Origin: Candidatus Omnitrophota bacterium
GTDB lineage: Bacteria; Omnitrophota; Omnitrophia; Omnitrophales; Aquincolibacteriaceae
NCBI GenBank assembly: GCA_043803685.1
Contig: JAZDJU010000103.1
Coordinates: forward strand, 1-64,000
DNA length: 64,000 nt
Direction of reading: 5' to 3'
Part shown: piece after piece, positions 40,779-48,379 of the stretch
Layout: each line of letters begins with the position of its first letter
Numbering within the stretch: the first letter of the stretch is position 1
Translations under genes and position numbers: made by a program
Notes under the pieces: model-generated
The model's database searches: none
The model's input: only the letters and a program-made list of their open reading frames with translations
Told to the model about the DNA's origin: nothing

Positions 40779-42104
40779 ATGAAATTTTATGACAGAGAAG
40801 AGGAGCTGGCGGAGCTGGAAAAGCTCCTGGGACAGACGGCAAAGAGCTCGCACATGGCGGTTTTGACCGGGAGGAGGCGGGTCGGCAAGACACTTCTTTC
40901 CCTGGAATTTGTCAAAAACAAAAAGTATCTGTATTTCTTCGTATCCAAGAAATCGGAGACACTCCTGTGCGAGGAATATGCAGGGGAGATCCGACGCCTC
41001 TTCCCGGATGCGGCTATTGCGGACGGGATACGTTCTTTCAAGGATCTTTTTCATCTACTGCTCGTGCTTGCCCGTGATGAATCCTTCACAGTGATCATCG
41101 ACGAATTCCAGGAGTTTACCCATATCAATCCTGCGGTTTATTCCGAGATCCAGAAACTATGGGATCTTAACAAGACCCAAAGCCGGTTGAATCTGATCTG
41201 CGTTGGCTCGGTCTATTCTCTCATGCACAAGATCTTTGAAGGCGCTAAGGAGCCGCTGTTCAACCGCGCGGACCGGATCTTGACGCTTAAGCCGTTCCCC
41301 CTCAAGGTTCTGGCTCAGGTCTTGTGTGATTACAAGGCCGAAAATACCCGGCTTCTTTTCGATTATTATCTTTTTACGGGAGGCAGTCCGAAGTACATCG
41401 ATCTTCTCGTCGAAAACAAAGCATTTTCCGTAAAAGAGATCCTGGATCTTATGATCGCCGCGGACTCGCCGTTCATCAACGAGGGAAAGAATCTCTTGAT
41501 CGAGGAATTCGGCAAGGAATATGGCACCTATTTCTCCATTCTCGAAATGATCGCTTCCGGAAAAACAGGCCGCTCCGAGATCGAATCGATCCTGGAAACG
41601 AATGTCGGCGGTTATCTGGACCGGCTGGAGAAGGATTATGCGGTCATCGAGAGGCGAAAACCCGTTAACGCGAAACAGAATTCGAAGACGCAAAAATATG
41701 TGATCACAGATAACTTCCTGAATTTCTGGTTCCGGTTCGTTTATCGCAACCGTTCCGCTATCGAAACCGGGAATTTCAAATACATCAAAGACGAGATCCT
41801 CTGGAATTATTCGACCTATTCGGGAAAGATCCTTGAACGATTCTACAGGGCTCTTTTTGCCGAAACAGGCCGTTACAATCGCATCGGTTCTTATTGGGAC
41901 AGGAGTCATCAGAATGAAGTCGACCTCGTGGCCATCAACGATATGAAAAAAGAAATGGTCGTGGCCGAGGTGAAGTTGAACCCCAAGAAGATTAATATCG
42001 AGGACTTGAAACGCAGGGCTTCGCGTCTTCTGCCGGACTTTGTGAAATATAAAGTGGAATGGCTTGCCCTCAGCCTCGAAAATATTGGGGATTTTCTCCG
42101 GTAG
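40779..42104 (+). CDS. Archaeal-type AAA ATPase with C-terminal DUF234 (PD-(D/E)XK-like) domain
   Basis: FYDREEEL, GRRRVGKT (Walker A), IIDEFQ (Walker B), DNFLNFWFRF, EVDLVA...EVK. Confidence 0.88.
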   Translation: MKFYDREEELAELEKLLGQTAKSSHMAVLTGRRRVGKTLLSLEFVKNKKYLYFFVSKKSETLLCEEYAGEIRRLFPDAAIADGIRSFKDLFHLLLVLARDESFTVIIDEFQEFTHINPAVYSEIQKLWDLNKTQSRLNLICVGSVYSLMHKIFEGAKEPLFNRADRILTLKPFPLKVLAQVLCDYKAENTRLLFDYYLFTGGSPKYIDLLVENKAFSVKEILDLMIAADSPFINEGKNLLIEEFGKEYGTYFSILEMIASGKTGRSEIESILETNVGGYLDRLEKDYAVIERRKPVNAKQNSKTQKYVITDNFLNFWFRFVYRNRSAIETGNFKYIKDEILWNYSTYSGKILERFYRALFAETGRYNRIGSYWDRSHQNEVDLVAINDMKKEMVVAEVKLNPKKINIEDLKRRASRLLPDFVKYKVEWLALSLENIGDFLR

Positions 42105-42322
42105 TGTGAGTCGCGAAGATATTTTTTATACCATGAAATTCTAACTCGACCTATAGAAATTTCATGGCAAATAGAGCAAGGCCGCGTCTTAATCGATATA
42201 TAGTTTGTGGTATAGTTTTGCCTGGTTTGTGGCAAAACTATATAGGCACCGATTGGGCGTATTTGGGGCAGGGCAAGCCACATCGACGTGATCGCGGCGG
42301 AAAGGAGAGGAGGCCTTAAGAC

Positions 42323-44002
42323 GTGAATCCTTATAACTTTTCTATCCTGTGTTTTGGGTTTTGTGCTGTTTTTCTGGGTTTATTAGTCTGGCTAAAGCGT
42401 CAAGATTTGTTGGGCCAAAAATATTTCGTTTTTTCTTTAACATGCGCTGCGTTTTCTTTGCCTTTCGCCAATAACTTCAATTTAAGTACCTCTCATGCTT
42501 CAGCTCTTCTGACAAGTCGCCTGGCGAATGGCTTCGCAATTTTTATTCCGGTGACATGGTATGATTTCGCGTTAGTTTTTATCGGCAAACAAAAAGAAAG
42601 AAAAACGCTCATCCGATTTTTGTATTTTTTTTCACTAGTTCTCTTTTGTTTTATCTTTTCAGAAAAATATGTGACCGATGTTAAGTGGATATCTGGCTTT
42701 TATTCCGCAGTTGCCGGTCCTCTGCATTATTTTTTCTCCTCTCTTTTCTTTACAGTCGTGCCCTTAAGTTTTTTCGAGCTTCTTCGCGGAATGAAAACAG
42801 CTCGTCATCAGGAACAGCAAAACATTAAATGGGTAGCGATTTTTGTTGGCTTGTCATTTTTAGGAGGTAGCTTCACCTTAGTGCCTGCCTATGGGATAGC
42901 CTTTCCCCAGTATGGATTATTTTTGATGCCCATTTACCCCTTTGCTTTGGCGTATTTTATGATCAAACAAAAACTCTTCGACGTAGAAGAGCTCGCGCAG
43001 GCGGCGCACAGGGACAAGCTGACGGCGATAGGGGTGCTGGCGGCGAGCATCAACCACGAGGTGAAGAACCCACTCTTTATCATCAAAGGTCTCGCGGAAA
43101 GTTGTCTCGATCGGCAGAAAGAGGGGATATTTCCGACGAAAGAAAAGGCGCTTGAGAGCGCTAATGACGCCATGAAGCGAAGCGTCGAGCAGGCGGACCG
43201 GGCGATGGATATCATCAAGCGGTTGTCGCTTTTCGCCAAAGCCGGGATCGACAGTGAGATCAAATTCGAGCCGGTGAATGTCGCGCAAGTGATCGAGGAT
43301 GTCCTGCCACTCGTTCGTTACGAGCTTGCCGCGCACGGCATTGCCCTCTCGCGTGATATTCCTCCCAATCTTCCCGATGTCTCCGCCGACCGCCGCTATC
43401 TGGAGGAGATCCTGTTTAATCTGATCGTGAATGCATGCCAGGCGATCAAGCCCAATTCTCCTTCAGATGATTCAAAGGTTAATTGGACTAGCCCTGGCAA
43501 CCTTCGATCAAAAGAAAATGGAGGCCAGGACAAGGAAGGCGGCTTGTCTGGGGAGATTGTAATAACAGCAACAACGGGAGCCACGAGCCACGGGACACGT
43601 GCCTCGTCTGTCATTGCGAAGGAGTCCGCCGAAGATTTTGGCGGACGACTGCGGCAATCTAAAAACGAGATTGCTTCGTCGTCTTCGCGACTCGCAATGA
43701 CGGATGCTAAGTTGGGCCAAGGGACAGGTAATGAGGCTTTTTTAAATTCACGTGGCACGAGGCTCGTGGAACGTGTCCCGGTTGTGATCACTATCCAGGA
43801 CACCGGCCCCGGGATTCCCGCCGACAAGCTGAAGGACGTCTTCCGTCCCTTTTATACGACCAAAGCCGAAGGTACGGGTCTCGGGCTTTATATCACCCAG
43901 CAACTCGTCGAAAAGATCCGTGGCCGGATCGACGTCCACTCCGAGATCGGTGTAGGGACAACCTTTACGGTTCTTTTACCAGTAGGGGGACAGTCCCTTT
44001 AA
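42323..44002 (+). CDS. Sensor histidine kinase 2: HisKA_7TM-like N-terminus; HATPase with in-frame repeat insertions
   Basis: About 7 TMs; NHEVKNPL, NLIVNA, DTGPG, FYTTK, GTGLGL; roughly 90 extra aa between the N and G1 boxes. Confidence 0.88.
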   Translation: MNPYNFSILCFGFCAVFLGLLVWLKRQDLLGQKYFVFSLTCAAFSLPFANNFNLSTSHASALLTSRLANGFAIFIPVTWYDFALVFIGKQKERKTLIRFLYFFSLVLFCFIFSEKYVTDVKWISGFYSAVAGPLHYFFSSLFFTVVPLSFFELLRGMKTARHQEQQNIKWVAIFVGLSFLGGSFTLVPAYGIAFPQYGLFLMPIYPFALAYFMIKQKLFDVEELAQAAHRDKLTAIGVLAASINHEVKNPLFIIKGLAESCLDRQKEGIFPTKEKALESANDAMKRSVEQADRAMDIIKRLSLFAKAGIDSEIKFEPVNVAQVIEDVLPLVRYELAAHGIALSRDIPPNLPDVSADRRYLEEILFNLIVNACQAIKPNSPSDDSKVNWTSPGNLRSKENGGQDKEGGLSGEIVITATTGATSHGTRASSVIAKESAEDFGGRLRQSKNEIASSSSRLAMTDAKLGQGTGNEAFLNSRGTRLVERVPVVITIQDTGPGIPADKLKDVFRPFYTTKAEGTGLGLYITQQLVEKIRGRIDVHSEIGVGTTFTVLLPVGGQSL

Positions 44003-44024
44003 GTACTTCAGAGGGACTGTCCCC
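43986..44024. repeat. REP-like palindrome overlapping the kinase 2 stop codon
   Basis: GGGGACAGTCCCT...AGGGACTGTCCCC. Confidence 0.7.
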
Positions 44025-44071
44025 TTTATCTCAGGGGAAGTGGCAAACAGCACGAAGTGCGAGGCTAGACC

Positions 44072-45472
44072 ATGAACTATTACGGATTCAGTAGCTTGTT
44101 TAATGGAATCGTGGTTCTCACAGTAGGTTTTTATCTTTTATCCCGCCAAAGGCAAAACGGTCTTTACCAAAGTTTTGCGGTTTTTTCTGCCTGTGTAGGG
44201 CTGTGGTGTATTTTTTACTCGTTTTGGCAAGCTCAAACGAGCAAGGCTGAAGCTTTGATGTATATGCGGCTAGCCATGATTCCATGCTATCCCATCCCGT
44301 TTGCCTTCTTGTGGTTTGTGCTGACCTTGGTGGGTGTCAAAAAAAGGTGTTGGTGGTTGCCTGTGGTGATTGGGACGCCTCTTGTTTTCATGATATTTGG
44401 TTTTAGTCCATTTATGCTCGCAGACATGGTGCCCAAACTTAATTTTAAATTTTGGTCTGTTCCAGGCGCTTTAATGCATTTTTACGTTTTTTTGTTTTGC
44501 ATAGTTGTTTTATATAGTTATGGCGTTTTGATTCAAGGGTTTAAAAAAGCGAGTGGAATTCAAAAATGGCAGATTAAATGGGTGATGCTGTCTTTGCTGC
44601 CATCCTGGGTCGGAGGAGCAACGAATTGGTTTTTGTGGTACGACATCCCTATTCCACCGGTTGCTCATTTTTTTATCGGTGTTGGGTTTTTAATATTGGC
44701 ATATGCAATAGTAAGAAGCCGTCTTTTTGACGTTGATGCTTTGGCGGATTATGTCCAGGAAGCCAAGCTCTCGGCGCTGGGGATCATGGCAACCAGCATC
44801 AACCATGAGGTGCGGAATCCGCTCTTCGTGATCAGAGGGCTGGCAGAAACGTTGAGGGATCGACCGGACACGGCTCCCGAAAAGATCAAAGACATCGCTC
44901 AGCGGGCTATGGCGCAGGCAGACCGGGCGCTCGAGATCATCCGGAATTTTTCAGAATACGCCAAGCGGCAAAGTTCCAAGACCTTTGACAAGACGCCCCT
45001 CGATGTCCGTGAAATTCTCGATAGCATCGTACCTCTTGTAGCCAGCGAACTTGCTCTGGACCAGATCCGGTTGCAGGTGAATATCCCCGCGAAGACGATG
45101 GTTTGCGTCGACCGGCATTCTTTGGAGGAGATATTCATCAACCTTATTGTGAATGCTTGTCAGGCGATGCCTAACGGTGGAGAGATAGAAATAACAGCAG
45201 AAACGGGGGACAGGGGCCAGGGGACATGCGGACCTGTCGCACACCCGGGGTTGCGTGAAGTTCAACCCCGGGTGTTGATCAAGGTGATAGACACCGGCCC
45301 AGGCCTGGCCCAGGACCAATTGAGCAGGATCTTCGAACCTTTTTACACCACCAAAGCCTCCGGTACCGGTCTTGGTCTTTATGTGGTCAAGCAACTGGTG
45401 GGAAAGAATGGCGGCAAAATCAGCGTTGCATCCATTCCAGGTAAGGGCACGACGTTTACCATCACTTTATAA
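44072..45472 (+). CDS. Sensor histidine kinase 3: HisKA_7TM-like N-terminus, HisKA, HATPase
   Basis: About 7 TMs; NHEVRNPL, NLIVNA, DTGPG, GTGLGL; paralog of kinase 2. Confidence 0.88.
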   Translation: MNYYGFSSLFNGIVVLTVGFYLLSRQRQNGLYQSFAVFSACVGLWCIFYSFWQAQTSKAEALMYMRLAMIPCYPIPFAFLWFVLTLVGVKKRCWWLPVVIGTPLVFMIFGFSPFMLADMVPKLNFKFWSVPGALMHFYVFLFCIVVLYSYGVLIQGFKKASGIQKWQIKWVMLSLLPSWVGGATNWFLWYDIPIPPVAHFFIGVGFLILAYAIVRSRLFDVDALADYVQEAKLSALGIMATSINHEVRNPLFVIRGLAETLRDRPDTAPEKIKDIAQRAMAQADRALEIIRNFSEYAKRQSSKTFDKTPLDVREILDSIVPLVASELALDQIRLQVNIPAKTMVCVDRHSLEEIFINLIVNACQAMPNGGEIEITAETGDRGQGTCGPVAHPGLREVQPRVLIKVIDTGPGLAQDQLSRIFEPFYTTKASGTGLGLYVVKQLVGKNGGKISVASIPGKGTTFTITL

Positions 45473-45524
45473 CCCATTTCACACACCCGGCCTGCCTGCC
45501 GGAAGGCAGGTGTGTGAAATGGGT
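45472..45524. repeat. Nested palindrome
   Basis: ACCCATTTCACACACC...GGTGTGTGAAATGGGT enclosing CCTGCCTGCCGGAAGGCAGG. Confidence 0.75.
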
Positions 45525-45529
45525 GCAGC

Positions 45530-46594
45530 ATGAGGAGGAGCATGAAATCATTCTCCGTTACGACCTATGCAGCGCTTCGCAGAAAAGTCGAAGAGACGCT
45601 GCTTCGCGGCCAGAGAAAGATCGAAGAAGCAAAAGTCCTTACTTATTGGCAAACCGGACGCTACATCAATCAGCACGTCAAGGTTAACGGAGGAAGGGCG
45701 GAATACGGCGAACAAGTCATCCTGAGACTTTCCGAAGATCTCAAAGTCGGGGATGACCTGCTTTATCGTTGTTCGCGATTTGCCGCGCTTTTGCCGATTT
45801 CCGCCAGCTGGCGGAAATTAACCTGGTCACATTTGCGCGCTTTATGCCGTGTGTCTGATGACCGGAAGCGTCTGGAATTACTGGAACAAGCCGTGCGGAA
45901 CGAATGGCCTTCGGCCGTGCTTGAAACGAAGATCCGCAATCTGAATTGGGAGGTTCGCGCGGCAGCCCTGGAAGGCAAACCGCCGTCGCTTCCTCCCGTG
46001 CCCGCATTGGGCCCTTTTTACACCTACCAGGTGATCGCGCCCCAGACCGTGCATTCCTCCTCCAAACAGCTCCTTCTGGACCTTGGTTTTTCCTGCCGAC
46101 TTGAGATGGAAATTTTCCAGGGCACCCATTTCCCTGCGGGAACGATCCTAGAATCCAAAAGGCGTGACGAAGGGGAGAAGAGTGCTCCCAAGCACGCGCC
46201 GATCGTCCGGGGAAATTCTATTTTTAAACTTGTCAGATCGGGAGGAGGCAACGAAGCGCTCTACACGTACAAGGCTTTTGTGCAAAAGTTCATCGACGCA
46301 GACACCTTCCACGTGGAGTTCAGGTTGGGGTTCGGGCAGCTCCGCGAAGAAACCATCCGTTTAAAAGGAGTCGACTGCCCGGAGATCAATACGCCGGAGG
46401 GCAAGGCCGCCAAGCGTTTTGTCGAGCGCGAACTGGGGGGTTGTGAATTCATTACCGTCAAATCCACCCAGACCCGCAAAGAAAAATGGGGTCGTTACCT
46501 GGCCGACCTTTTTTACCAGGATAAAAGCGGAAAACTGATCTATTTGAATAATCTGCTACTCGAAAAAGGACACGCCGTTCGTGTCCGGGGCTAG
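45530..46594 (+). CDS. DUF1016 N-terminal-like domain fused to thermonuclease (SNase)-like domain
   Basis: YWQTGRYI, YGEQVI..LSEDL, LTWSHLRAL, EQA..NEW; C-terminal IDADT, IRLKGVDCPE, KWGRYLA, LN..LL..G.A. Confidence 0.75.
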   Translation: MRRSMKSFSVTTYAALRRKVEETLLRGQRKIEEAKVLTYWQTGRYINQHVKVNGGRAEYGEQVILRLSEDLKVGDDLLYRCSRFAALLPISASWRKLTWSHLRALCRVSDDRKRLELLEQAVRNEWPSAVLETKIRNLNWEVRAAALEGKPPSLPPVPALGPFYTYQVIAPQTVHSSSKQLLLDLGFSCRLEMEIFQGTHFPAGTILESKRRDEGEKSAPKHAPIVRGNSIFKLVRSGGGNEALYTYKAFVQKFIDADTFHVEFRLGFGQLREETIRLKGVDCPEINTPEGKAAKRFVERELGGCEFITVKSTQTRKEKWGRYLADLFYQDKSGKLIYLNNLLLEKGHAVRVRG

Positions 46595-46786
46595 CCAGCA
46601 CGAGATTTCCTTGGTTGGGAGGGTTGACGAAAATAGATTTCGGTGTCACCTTTCTACTAGTTATTCTCCGGAAAATAATTCTATTCTTGGCCTCAGTTCC
46701 TCTAAGGGAGAACCCCTGCTTGGTCGATACAAAAGCGTCGAATTTATCGTTTAAAATGCTTAAAACAACAAGGTTGTGGGTGTGAA

Positions 46787-48379
46787 ATGGCAAAAAAAAT
46801 TCTCATAATTGATGATGATCTTTTGATTTTAAAGAGTCTCACTAGTGTTTTTATTCGAGATGGATGGGATGTTGAGACCTGCCAAGATGGGGATGCTGCT
46901 TTAGGGAGAATCGCGAAAGAAATTTATCAGTGTGTTTTGCTTGATATCCGCATGCCAGGGCTTGATGGCACTCAGATAATGTCTAGCATGAGGGCGGCTG
47001 AGGCTAAACAGCCGGGGCGCAGGCAGCATGTTGTTGTAATGACAGGTTATGCGGATGAGAATGCGATTGTGCGCATTTTCGGATTAGGTGCAAGCGACTA
47101 TATCCAAAAACCATTTGATGTCCAGGAGTTGTTAAAAAAAGCTAACGCATGCCTCAATGCGGAAGAATTTATTAGTGGTTATGGTCGCGTTGAACAGGAG
47201 GGCGAAGCTGATGGAAAAACATTTAAAAAAATTCGTAAAAATTATGATTTTGCTAGTATTTTAAAAAAAGCAGAACTTCTAGAGAAAGAAATTAATGTTC
47301 GCCTTACTCATATCAGAGGTTGTACCTACAACACGGAATTTTGGAAGGGTAACATTGAGAACCCAATAGGGATTGCTCAGATTCCGCTGGGTTTGGTGGG
47401 GCCAATTGCGGTAAAGGGGAAACACGCGCAAGGTGAATTTTGGGTCCCTATGGCCACTACTGAAGGCGCTTTGACATTGACCTATGACTTAGGTTCACGA
47501 TTATTATCTATGGCTGGTCCAGTCGAGGCGGAGGTCATTTCGAAGGTGGTGCATATTTCACCAATGTTTCCCATTATTAGCGATGAAGACAAACGCGTGG
47601 CAGAGTTTATTGATAACCACTATGAGGAAATAAAAAAAGTAGCGGAAGCTGACAGCCATCATACAAAACTGCTCGGCATTGAAAGGCATCATATAAAAAA
47701 TCAATTTGTTTTAAAATTTAAATATGATACTGGAGATGCTCACGGCCTTAATATGATTAACCATGCGACTTTTTATGCTTGTAAATATATTCAGGCGAAA
47801 ACAGGAGCCGACTTTTATCATAGATCCCACTACAGCGGCGTCAAACATCATTCTTGGGTTAATGAAAATGAAGGGTATGGCCGAGTCGTGAAGGCTCGTG
47901 GCATTGTTTGCCAAAAGGCACTTGGCATGCTTGGGGTGAGCGCAAAAAAAATGAAGGACTTTTTTGACCGTTGCGTTCAATGCGGCACTGCCGCTGAAAT
48001 TAAATCGGTCAATGTCCATGCAGCCAATGGGTTGGCCGCAATTTTCATTGCTTGCGGTCAGGATGTGGCGGATTTAAGCAGCGCTCATACATGTGCAACT
48101 ACGGTTGAGATCGCCGGTGAAGGAAAGGATTTGCTTATCCAAGTCGAGCTGAAAAATTTGCTGATAGCGACCGTCGGTGGCGGCACCGGCCTCGGTACTC
48201 AGAGTGAATGCCTGAATATTATGGATTGTTTGGGTTCGGGTAAATCTGATAAGTTTGCAGAGATTATAGCGGCCATTGTTCTGGCGGGTGAATTTCCAAC
48301 TGCGGCCGCAGTGATTAATGAAACTTACGTCGACATTCATGATAAGTATGGTCGCAACAAATCTAAGATAGTAAAGTGA
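46787..48379 (+). CDS. Receiver domain fused to class I HMG-CoA reductase-like domain
   Basis: ILIIDDD, LLDIRMP, MTG and QKPF receiver motifs; IENPIG, PMATTEG, GDAHGLN, HAAN, ACGQD, TVGGGT and LAGE reductase motifs. Confidence 0.88.
   Translation: MAKKILIIDDDLLILKSLTSVFIRDGWDVETCQDGDAALGRIAKEIYQCVLLDIRMPGLDGTQIMSSMRAAEAKQPGRRQHVVVMTGYADENAIVRIFGLGASDYIQKPFDVQELLKKANACLNAEEFISGYGRVEQEGEADGKTFKKIRKNYDFASILKKAELLEKEINVRLTHIRGCTYNTEFWKGNIENPIGIAQIPLGLVGPIAVKGKHAQGEFWVPMATTEGALTLTYDLGSRLLSMAGPVEAEVISKVVHISPMFPIISDEDKRVAEFIDNHYEEIKKVAEADSHHTKLLGIERHHIKNQFVLKFKYDTGDAHGLNMINHATFYACKYIQAKTGADFYHRSHYSGVKHHSWVNENEGYGRVVKARGIVCQKALGMLGVSAKKMKDFFDRCVQCGTAAEIKSVNVHAANGLAAIFIACGQDVADLSSAHTCATTVEIAGEGKDLLIQVELKNLLIATVGGGTGLGTQSECLNIMDCLGSGKSDKFAEIIAAIVLAGEFPTAAAVINETYVDIHDKYGRNKSKIVK

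Noticed and set aside
33334..48379. Mevalonate pathway cluster (thiolase + HMGR)
   Set aside because: The genes are 12 kb apart, no HMG-CoA synthase or kinases are present, and the HMG-binding residues appear substituted
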